The notes below the pieces were generated by a model, which was not told the DNA's origin, did not search any database, and saw only the letters and a program-made list of their open reading frames with translations. Below are positions 18,850 to 25,748 of a stretch of DNA of 64,000 nucleotides, piece by piece. How positions within the stretch are numbered: the first letter of the stretch is position 1; every line of letters starts with the position of its first letter. The stretch covers positions 1,465 through 65,464 of the forward strand of contig CAYVVS010000002.1 in the NCBI GenBank assembly GCA_964454845.1. The letters run 5' to 3'. This DNA comes from an uncultured Candidatus Saccharibacteria bacterium (GTDB taxonomy: Bacteria > Patescibacteriota > Saccharimonadia > CAILAD01 > GCA-016700035). Position numbers and translations under genes: made by a program.

Positions 18850-19940
18850 TCTTTCTGTTCGTCAGATAAATTCTGCGTCAAATAAGCTTCGATAAATGGT
18901 TCAATTTCACCGCCTAAAACCGCATCCGTATCACTAGTTTCATAATCCGTACGATGATCCTTCACTTTTTTATAAGGGTGTAATACATAGCTGCGAATTT
19001 GCTGACCCCAGTCGGCTGACTGAACTTTCCCTCGCAGCTCAGCCACAGAATCTAGATGCTGTTCGCGCGCCAGCTCAGCAAGTTTAGCCGCCAAAATTGA
19101 CATGGCTTTATTCTTGTTCTTTAGTTGAGAGCGCTCATTCTGAATAGATACCACAATTCCTGTTGGAATGTGCGTAATGCGTACCGCCGAATCAGTCGTG
19201 TTTACGCTCTGACCACCATGTCCACCAGCGCGAAAAACGTCGATGCGCAAATCTTTTTCATCCAGTTCTATCTGCTCCATCGGGATTTCTGGAATCACAT
19301 CAACCAGCGCGAAACTTGTTTGGCGCAAACTATCACTATTAAAAGGAGAAAGTCGAACTAGCCGGTGTACACCCTTTTCACTTTTCAGCTTCCCAAACGC
19401 AAATGGCCCTTCAATTTCTAGGGTGGCGGATTTTATGCCAGCTTCTTCGCCTCGAGAAATATCAACTAGCTTAGCAGTTAACTCAAGTTTTTCTGCGGCT
19501 CGAGTGTACATCGTGAGTAACATCTCCGCCCAATCTTGCGCGTCTGTGCCACCAGCACCAGCCGAAATTTGTACAATTGCCGTATTCTTATCGTAGTCAC
19601 CGGCGAGTTTTACGGTAATCATCATCTGACGCACCGACTCTTCGATACTTGCAGTAGACTCCTCCATTGCATCCAACAAAGACTCGTCGGACATCTGCGC
19701 CAGCTCCAGCATGGTCTTAATCGACTCCTCCATGGTTTGCCAGCTCTCAATAAATTTACGCAGCAATGCAGCTTCTTGGCTCACTTTTTGAGCCTCGCCT
19801 TGATCAGACCAAAAATCAGGCGCATTCATTCGAGCCTCAAGCTCATTTAACACCTTTTGCTCGCTCTCAAGATGCAGCTGCTCTATCGCACCCTGCACTT
19901 CCGCGAGTAATTTTGTCAGTCGATCAATAATTGGTTTCAT
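18846..19940 (-). CDS. prfB: Peptide chain release factor 2 (single uninterrupted frame)
   Basis: Trimmed to ATG 19940 (MKPIIDRL...). SPF tripeptide (RLSPFNS) and GGQ ([16 protein letters not shown]). No in-frame TGA/frameshift site. Confidence 0.95.
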   Translation of the reverse strand: MKPIIDRLTKLLAEVQGAIEQLHLESEQKVLNELEARMNAPDFWSDQGEAQKVSQEAALLRKFIESWQTMEESIKTMLELAQMSDESLLDAMEESTASIEESVRQMMITVKLAGDYDKNTAIVQISAGAGGTDAQDWAEMLLTMYTRAAEKLELTAKLVDISRGEEAGIKSATLEIEGPFAFGKLKSEKGVHRLVRLSPFNSDSLRQTSFALVDVIPEIPMEQIELDEKDLRIDVFRAGGHGGQSVNTTDSAVRITHIPTGIVVSIQNERSQLKNKNKAMSILAAKLAELAREQHLDSVAELRGKVQSADWGQQIRSYVLHPYKKVKDHRTDYETSDTDAVLGGEIEPFIEAYLTQNLSDEQKD

Positions 19941-19983
19941 ATCGGTAGTATTATACCTGTTTCTAGCTCCATATAAACCAAAA

Positions 19984-20014
19984 CTCCCCAACGAGACGAA
20001 TCTCGTGTGGGGAG
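19984..20014 (-). terminator. Intrinsic terminator downstream of the LPXTG gene
   Basis: Minus strand reads ctccccacacgagattcgtctcgttggggag followed by ttttggttt. Confidence 0.6.
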
Positions 20015-20043
20015 CTTGGCGTATACCTACAAACCGCAGGCTA

Positions 20044-21216
20044 TTACTTTACAACGTTTTTCAACGCAGCGCTCAAACCTTTACGGCTCTTTCGGTAGAA
20101 ATAACCAGCGTAGGTGAGACCACCGGTTCCCAACAGACCAGCAACACCAGTCTCGACACCTGTCTGAGGCAGGGTTGGCTGCTCAGGAGTTACCGGAGTG
20201 GTAGGAGTTGGAGTTACAGGAGGAGTGGTTGGGGTAGGGGTTGGCTTACCTGCAACAGTGACGTTTGTCTTTGCTGCATTAAAGTACTCGCCCATGCCCT
20301 CTGGCTTTACAATACCAACGTTTTTGAATGTATAGTTACCTGGCTTAAGATTTGAGTCAATCTTTGCCTGGAACCATACAAAACCGTTGCTACCTGGGGT
20401 GTAATTTCCGACGTTAACGCCACCTTTGGTGATGTTATCGGAGTTTATCTTCGTACCAGTTGGGTTCGATGCATTTTTAATCATCGTAGTACCCGGTACA
20501 TAGGTAACGTTAGCTGGCATGTTATCAGCAATGATAACGTTGTTGAGCGTAGTATTACCTTCGTTTTTGTAGGTAATCAGGTACTCAAGGGTATCACCAG
20601 CCTTGGCAGTGTTTTCAGTTTTCCACTCTTTTTCGCCAAGTACACGTACTTGCTTAGTGATAGAAACTGCAGGAGTTTTTACACGGGCAAGAACTGTAAC
20701 ATTGGCTTCATAGTTGAAGCATGGCTTAGCGTTCTCAAGAACAATTCCTGTTCCAACAACTTGGTCACTGATTTTTTCAGTTACCCAGTTAGGCTGCTCG
20801 TTGGTACCCTTGTTGTGGCGCCACTGAGCGGAACCTGGAATGTATTCTAGACGGCTCTGATCCAGAGCGAGGTTGACGTTTGCAGTGTCAGTAACGGTAT
20901 TCGCGTTATCAGCACTAATGGTTCCCTTTACAGTCTGAGCTTTGCCAGGCTGAGTTGGGAGGTCGATTTTAACTTTTAGATTGTTTGCAACTTTATTAGA
21001 GTTAGCTTCCTCTTTGTTGTGGTACCAGATTTGTACTTTTACCACTTCGTCGGTTTTTGCGTTGGTAGATTTGGTATAGGTGGTTGCACCAGCAGTTTGG
21101 TTAGCAACTGCAGTACGACCTTCTATGGCAACCTGACCAGCTGCACCAGCTACGGCAGGAACAGCTACAAGAGCAGCTGCAGCGAGCACGTAACGGAGCT
21201 TAGCTAAAAACTTCAT
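20044..21216 (-). CDS. Cell-wall-anchored surface protein (LPXTG-type sorting signal, DUF11-like repeat region)
   Basis: Trimmed to ATG 21216 (MKFLAKLRYVLAAAALVAVPAVAGA signal peptide) with AAGGGAGAA SD. C-terminus: PT-rich linker, LPQTG, a hydrophobic stretch and a basic tail (YFYRKSRKG). Confidence 0.8.
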   Translation of the reverse strand: MKFLAKLRYVLAAAALVAVPAVAGAAGQVAIEGRTAVANQTAGATTYTKSTNAKTDEVVKVQIWYHNKEEANSNKVANNLKVKIDLPTQPGKAQTVKGTISADNANTVTDTANVNLALDQSRLEYIPGSAQWRHNKGTNEQPNWVTEKISDQVVGTGIVLENAKPCFNYEANVTVLARVKTPAVSITKQVRVLGEKEWKTENTAKAGDTLEYLITYKNEGNTTLNNVIIADNMPANVTYVPGTTMIKNASNPTGTKINSDNITKGGVNVGNYTPGSNGFVWFQAKIDSNLKPGNYTFKNVGIVKPEGMGEYFNAAKTNVTVAGKPTPTPTTPPVTPTPTTPVTPEQPTLPQTGVETGVAGLLGTGGLTYAGYFYRKSRKGLSAALKNVVK

Positions 21217-21366
21217 ATAGTTCTCCCTTCTCATCGCTATAACGCGAGGAAAAAGCTTATGGTTATTCTATAATTTCTTTCAATCGTCAAGAACGTTTGC
21301 TTCTGTTAGGAAACGATATTCGCGTTGTTAAGTAACTCTTTCACACCTGTTGTGAATGACTTAAGT

Positions 21367-21395
21367 ATTCTATCAGATTTATAGTAGTTTGTCAA
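21367..21395 (-). promoter_or_regulatory. Predicted sigma70-type promoter for the LPXTG gene (about 145-nt leader)
   Basis: Minus strand TTGACA-17 nt-TAGAAT with a TG at the extended -10 position (ctgaTAGAAT). Confidence 0.5.
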
Positions 21396-21442
21396 TGGTT
21401 TTGCTTATGCTTTTTATACTGGCTTGACTCAATAAAAGGATG

Positions 21443-21472
21443 AGCCCCAGAGCGCCGAAGCGCCCTGGGGCT
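21443..21472 (-). terminator. Intrinsic terminator of island gene A
   Basis: 13-nt arms agccccagagcgc / gcgccctggggct (one mismatch). The loop reads UUCG on the transcribed strand and is followed there by a T-rich tract (ccttttatt). Confidence 0.7.
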
Positions 21473-21509
21473 TAGATGAACCTGAACATCCGATGGAGCT
21501 CAGATCCGG

Positions 21510-22592
21510 TTACGGAGCCGTGACGGCTCCGCTGTTGGTCTGGTCACCGACGTTCGTGTCCATGTCGGGGTTTGAAGCCCCGGCACTTCCACCGGTGGTG
21601 GTGCCAGACGGACCGTCCGTCGCGCCCGAAGGCGTGGTGACACCTGATCCAGTACCAGTTCCGGGGGTGCCGAACGGAGTGGCTCGGTAGGGATCGGCGC
21701 CGTTCCGAGTTGCTTCCGCGTCTCGGTTCTGCTGGTTGGTCACCGCCTCGGCGTTACCGGGAGTGTAGCCCGGCGTAGCAGCCTGCGGGTTGGAGCCAAC
21801 GGGATCCATGTCCGGACCGGAGTCCGGGGTGCCGCAGTAGAGACCGGTCTGACCCGCGCACTTGCCCGAAGGCGTCGTGGTTGGGGTTGTGTGCCGACCA
21901 GACTTACCTGGTGTCACCGGCCGCGAGGGCTGGTTCGACGCAGGCGGAGCACCCTTGCCGGGCACGCTCGGTGGGAAGTTCTGCTCCACGGGCTGGTAGC
22001 CACAGTTGAGCTTGAACTGCTTCACGGTCCCATCGGGGAACGTGAAGCGGATCACCTTGAACGGCGCGGCTTCAACCGGGACCTGGTAGATCTCGGGGAT
22101 GGTTCTCCCCTTGTCCTCCATGTCCATGGTCTGGTACGCACCGCTCATCTCGACGATCTCCACCTTGATGGCCTCGTTGAGGCGCGCCTGGAAGCGCATC
22201 TCGCTGAGAGCCCAAGCATCCGGGTTCGACATGAGGTCGACGGTCTTCTGCACTCGGGTCGGCGCATCCGAGAACTCGTTGAAGAGGTACTCGGAGTCAC
22301 CCACGAGGAGCGCGGCGTCAGAGCAGCGTCGCGAGGCGAAGTCCGCCTGCGTTGCTGCCACATTGGCCGGATCCTCCGGAGCGGCGGGGCCGAACTGGTT
22401 CCCCTCCGTGAAACGGGAGAAGAAGATCTGGTTCGTGCCACACGCAGCCGGAGTGGTTGAGGCGGTCGGATCGGCACCCGCATCGGGCGGGCCGACGATC
22501 ACCTTGATGACCGGGAAGATCAGCAGCAACAGCGCAGCAGCGCCGATGATGCCGAAGAAGAACCTCTGCTGAGCAGAGTTGGGAGCGCTCAT
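21510..22592 (-). CDS. Island gene A: N-terminally anchored, Cys-containing exoprotein with Pro/Thr/Gly-rich tail (360 aa), function unknown
   Basis: GGAGG 6 nt upstream of the ATG. TM anchor FFFGIIGAAALLLLIFPVIKVIV, five Cys in the ectodomain, low-complexity C-terminus. High GC3. Confidence 0.7.
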   Translation of the reverse strand: MSAPNSAQQRFFFGIIGAAALLLLIFPVIKVIVGPPDAGADPTASTTPAACGTNQIFFSRFTEGNQFGPAAPEDPANVAATQADFASRRCSDAALLVGDSEYLFNEFSDAPTRVQKTVDLMSNPDAWALSEMRFQARLNEAIKVEIVEMSGAYQTMDMEDKGRTIPEIYQVPVEAAPFKVIRFTFPDGTVKQFKLNCGYQPVEQNFPPSVPGKGAPPASNQPSRPVTPGKSGRHTTPTTTPSGKCAGQTGLYCGTPDSGPDMDPVGSNPQAATPGYTPGNAEAVTNQQNRDAEATRNGADPYRATPFGTPGTGTGSGVTTPSGATDGPSGTTTGGSAGASNPDMDTNVGDQTNSGAVTAP

Positions 22593-22725
22593 CGCGCACC
22601 TCCTTGTGGGTCGGTGTCGCGAATGCGACTCTTGATGGATGTTCAGGTTCTGGTTCTGACATCAAGGACGCACTACTGTTTTACCAGCTATGGGTACTTA
22701 AGGCCAGAATAAAACCAAAATGTGT

Positions 22726-22753
22726 CTTCCTGGGGCCCGAAGGCCCCAGGAAG
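22726..22753 (-). terminator. Intrinsic terminator of island gene B
   Basis: Perfect 12-bp stem cttcctggggcc / ggccccaggaag. UUCG loop on the transcribed strand, followed by acacattttggttttatt. Confidence 0.7.
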
Positions 22754-22760
22754 CAAGGGG

Positions 22761-23537
22761 TCAGTTCGCCGAAGCGGTGGCTGCAGCAGCAGCCTGCGTG
22801 GTCGAGAACTGGCTCCCAGAGAGAGGGAGTGATGGGGGTGTGGTCCCCACAGCCTGCAGCGGCTGGTCGGCCGGAGGCGGAGGCGGCGTGACAGCAGCGA
22901 CCGGCTGGTCGGCCGGGGGCTGCGGTGCCACCACCACGTTTCCACTCGCCGAGGCGGAGGAACGCGTGATGATGCTGCGCCCGTTGCCAGGCAGGCAGGT
23001 CAGCACGATGGCAACGATGGCACCGATGAGCACCGCCCAGAACCATTGGTTCTGCGTGGTGAACCGATCGCCTCGCACCCACTCCACTCCTTCGATGAAG
23101 AAGTAGACGACGAGCGCGGTGATGACCCCACCGATGAGGGGGATCCAGCCGTTGGCTGCCTCCAACCGCGCGATCGCGGTGGCGTGAGCGTTCGAGTGGA
23201 CCTGCAGCCCTTCGATGCGACTGCCCAGACCGAGAACGTTGTTCTCGACGGTTCCGAGCCGCTGGCTGAACTGCTGGAGTTCCCCCCTGAAGCCGGAGAC
23301 CAGGCCCCTGACGTCTTCACGTTCGCGATTGAGCTCCTCGAGCTCTTCACGCACCATGCCCTTGAACCACTCACTGGTGGCGGCATCGAGCTGGACCTTA
23401 CGGTCCTGGACGGCAGCGTCGAGACGCTGCAGGTTGTCCTCCGCCTCCTTGAGGCGACGGGTGATGCGCTGCATCTCGGCACTGCGAGCCGCAGCGTTGG
23501 TCACCGACATCTGTCGGTCTCGTGCTGTTCTGTTCAT
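22761..23537 (-). CDS. Island gene B: coiled-coil protein with two TM helices and Pro-rich tail (258 aa), function unknown
   Basis: GGGAGGGG SD just upstream of the ATG. About 125 aa heptad-like N-terminus, TMs WIPLIGGVITALVVYFFIEGV and WFWAVLIGAIVAIVLTCLPG, and a repeated PPADQP(V/L) tail. Confidence 0.7.
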   Translation of the reverse strand: MNRTARDRQMSVTNAAARSAEMQRITRRLKEAEDNLQRLDAAVQDRKVQLDAATSEWFKGMVREELEELNREREDVRGLVSGFRGELQQFSQRLGTVENNVLGLGSRIEGLQVHSNAHATAIARLEAANGWIPLIGGVITALVVYFFIEGVEWVRGDRFTTQNQWFWAVLIGAIVAIVLTCLPGNGRSIITRSSASASGNVVVAPQPPADQPVAAVTPPPPPADQPLQAVGTTPPSLPLSGSQFSTTQAAAAATASAN

Positions 23538-23603
23538 ATCCCCTCCCGGGGTGTGTTGTGCCGGGGTTTTTCAACACCCGGGTTGAGGTACGAATACCGT
23601 TGC

Positions 23604-23632
23604 ATAATAGCATAAAATGCATAATTTTGCAA
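23604..23632 (-). promoter_or_regulatory. Predicted promoter of island gene B inside an AT-rich spacer
   Basis: Minus strand TTGCAA-17 nt-TATTAT. The spacer line 23581-23640 is 19/60 G+C. Confidence 0.45.
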
Positions 23633-23685
23633 TAGTTTTATGTAAAGTCAATATGCTTATGCCAAAGAAAGTTAACAAAAAAATA

Positions 23686-23712
23686 GGGCGACCTGGTGTA
23701 CCCAGGTCGCCC
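23686..23712 (-). terminator. Intrinsic terminator of island gene C
   Basis: Perfect 11-bp stem gggcgacctgg / ccaggtcgccc with a 5-nt loop. On the transcribed strand it is followed by tattttttt. Confidence 0.75.
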
Positions 23713-23721
23713 AGATGAGCA

Positions 23722-25296
23722 TCAAGCAGCGCTGTGCTGCCCGTATTCCAGAAGGAGACGTCGATCCGCCTCCTCACGCTGCTCTTGAGGAGTCCGATAT
23801 GCCCAGTGCTCAACCGGGTCATCATCTTCGGCAACCCGCTGCATCATGGCGACAACTACCTCTTCTGGCAAGTTCGCCAGAATGGACTCGTCCGACTTCC
23901 GCTTACCGCGACTCGCGTCACGATCTGCACTGTCAGCTGGTCCATCCGCCTGAGGCTGCTGAGCGTCCGACTCTTCGACTGGATCGCTGGACTGCCGCCC
24001 TGCAGCTGGAGCCTTCGGCGAGGGGCGCATGGCCGCTCGGCCACCACCCCGCACCACATGGCGCTCCGGCTCGGGAGCATCACTGCTGCTGACGGTACGA
24101 CGACCCTCACTCGTCCGGACCACAGGAACCGGCTGAGTAGGAGGTCCTTCGAGCTCCTTCGGAACACCGCTGTTTGCAACACCCGTCTCGGGCTCGCTTG
24201 CAGCCGTGTCATCCGTAGTACTGCTCGCCGGCTCCTCGGATGCGGGTCGAGGCGGAAGCCCCGGTACCGCTGTGCGCTTGGCACTCCGTGGGTGACGGCG
24301 AGAACTTGAGCTCTGCTGACGTCGGTAGTGAGTCTCCGAAGGCCAGGTGAAGTCCTCCAGGTTCTCCTGGATGGTTTCCTTGCCCTCGAAAACTCGCAGG
24401 GTGGACCGAACCGCAATCCGGTAGTACCACACCAGCTCCCGCAAATCGGGATTGGCTGCGATCTCATCCCTGGTGGGCGAGACAGGTACGTCCTGCCCCT
24501 CCTCACGAGGAAGCTGGAACAGGCGCTTTTCGGCCTCTTCAGGCGACTGATTCAGTGCCTGATACAGAGCGTAGCCCTGCTCGTAGACCGCGAGAGCAAG
24601 CGCCCAGACTGCAGCATCGGCTTCGTCGCGCGTGCCGCTTTGGCGAGCTGCGACAGAGGCTTCGAGCAACGGTCGCAGAGCCTCGCGATAGGAGTCGAGC
24701 TGACGCTCTCCATCCACGGGAGGTGTCGGTGCGGCCGAAGCAGCTTCGGGCTCCGGAGCCGGAGGTGTCTCGCCGGTATCGACTGGGGCACCGTCGGGTG
24801 CCGAAGCACTCGGAGAGTCCTGATCGAAGGGCAGCGAGCCAGCGCCATCAGCGTCGTCCGGCTCGGGCTGTTCACCAATGAACCGGTCGACGGCGGAGGC
24901 AAGCGTGTTCGGAACGAACTGGTTGCCGTTGTGAATGGCTTGCCTCTCCTCGCCCTCTTCGAGATCCTCGTTGAGGATCTCCTGCAAGAGCTCGAGAGCT
25001 GACGCCTCATCCAGCGACGGATCGGCCTCCATCAACCTTGCGGTCAGATGGGAAGCCCGAAGCTGAATCCTGCGAGGCGCAGGTGCTGCAGCCGCCTCGT
25101 CGGCGGCGTCATCTGCGGGATCTGCGAGATGTTCTTCGTCGGCCACGATGGCCTCCTGTTCTCCGGCAACACCGGGGTTGGGGCCATCATCGGCCGGGGT
25201 TGTACCACCACACGTGGCGGCGACTTCATCTGGATCGAGCTGGGAGAATTCATCCAGGCTCATTCCGGACCTGCCTTCACTCATGCTGTACCTCAT
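23722..25296 (-). CDS. Island gene C: acidic, largely low-complexity protein (524 aa; no TM, no recognised motif)
   Basis: Longest frame of several overlapping high-GC frames. It is co-directional with its neighbours and bracketed by the promoter and terminator above. The start may be the fifth codon (ATG 25284, GAGG upstream). TGA stop. Confidence 0.6.
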   Translation of the reverse strand: MRYSMSEGRSGMSLDEFSQLDPDEVAATCGGTTPADDGPNPGVAGEQEAIVADEEHLADPADDAADEAAAAPAPRRIQLRASHLTARLMEADPSLDEASALELLQEILNEDLEEGEERQAIHNGNQFVPNTLASAVDRFIGEQPEPDDADGAGSLPFDQDSPSASAPDGAPVDTGETPPAPEPEAASAAPTPPVDGERQLDSYREALRPLLEASVAARQSGTRDEADAAVWALALAVYEQGYALYQALNQSPEEAEKRLFQLPREEGQDVPVSPTRDEIAANPDLRELVWYYRIAVRSTLRVFEGKETIQENLEDFTWPSETHYRRQQSSSSRRHPRSAKRTAVPGLPPRPASEEPASSTTDDTAASEPETGVANSGVPKELEGPPTQPVPVVRTSEGRRTVSSSDAPEPERHVVRGGGRAAMRPSPKAPAAGRQSSDPVEESDAQQPQADGPADSADRDASRGKRKSDESILANLPEEVVVAMMQRVAEDDDPVEHWAYRTPQEQREEADRRLLLEYGQHSAA

Positions 25297-25344
25297 CTGC
25301 TGTGTCGGTTTCGGAATAAATTGTCAGGTGCAAAAAACACAAAA

Positions 25345-25373
25345 ACCATACCACAAATTTGCAATATGGTCAA
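25345..25373 (-). promoter_or_regulatory. Predicted promoter of island gene C
   Basis: Minus strand TTGACC-17 nt-TATGGT in the AT-rich 25300-25390 spacer. Confidence 0.45.
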
Positions 25374-25389
25374 TGTTTATTGGTTACGT

Positions 25390-25728
25390 TTAATGCTGGC
25401 TGGCGGCTTCTTCTCGTACTTTTGCAAGCACGGCCTGCTGATCGGCGACGAGCTGATCTCCAACTTCTTGGGCGGTAGAAGCTATCAATTCATCATAATT
25501 AGGCACGAGCTGTCGCAAGCGGCCATCAACCTGATCTCCGCCAGCATCAATTAGCCGTTCGAGCTCATTCATCTGTTCTTCAGTGATCTGATCCGACACC
25601 TTACTTAGAACACGCGTCATCGTTAGGTCGGCAAGCTGCTCGGCAAGCTGCTGTTTTTGTTCATCTGTTGCCGAAGCCATGCCAAGTCGGGTGAAAATAT
25701 CTGGCTGATTAGGTTGTGCTGTATCCAT
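25390..25728 (-). CDS. Small acidic helical protein (112 aa), function unknown
   Basis: Track ORF with backbone-like composition, directly downstream of the 999-aa gene. No TM. Confidence 0.6.
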   Translation of the reverse strand: MDTAQPNQPDIFTRLGMASATDEQKQQLAEQLADLTMTRVLSKVSDQITEEQMNELERLIDAGGDQVDGRLRQLVPNYDELIASTAQEVGDQLVADQQAVLAKVREEAASQH

Positions 25729-25748
25729 AAATTACTCCTTATGCTTAC

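Larger units (their letters stand above)
21440..25390. other. High-G+C compositional island 1 (three cassette genes plus AT-rich regulatory spacers)
   Basis: Hand counts per 60 nt: 41/60 G+C at 22321-22380, against 24/60 (12001-12060) and 29/60 (30001-30060) in the backbone. GC3 is near-saturated in the 21510-22592 frame. Abrupt AT-rich borders at about 21240-21440 and about 25300-25390. Confidence 0.8.

Noticed and set aside
21240-25390. Calling the islands mobile elements, a prophage or an integrative element
   Set aside because: I found no integrase, recombinase, transposase, capsid/terminase-like gene, terminal inverted repeats or flanking direct repeats by eye. Neither island abuts the tRNA. 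They are therefore reported only as compositional islands. An att-site search by computer would still be worthwhile.
21491-25554. Many long overlapping ORFs on both strands inside island 1 (e.g. 21891..22460 +, 22099..22572 +, 22681..23082 -, 23046..23615 +, 23856..24506 -, 24328..25002 +, 25048..25554 +)
   Set aside because: These are typical shadow frames of high-G+C DNA, where stop codons are rare. They are Arg/Pro/Ser-rich, lack SDs, and cross the promoter and terminator elements. The chosen frames have SDs, sensible TM/coiled-coil organisation and stops just before the hairpins. Frame choice for 23722..25296 remains the least certain.
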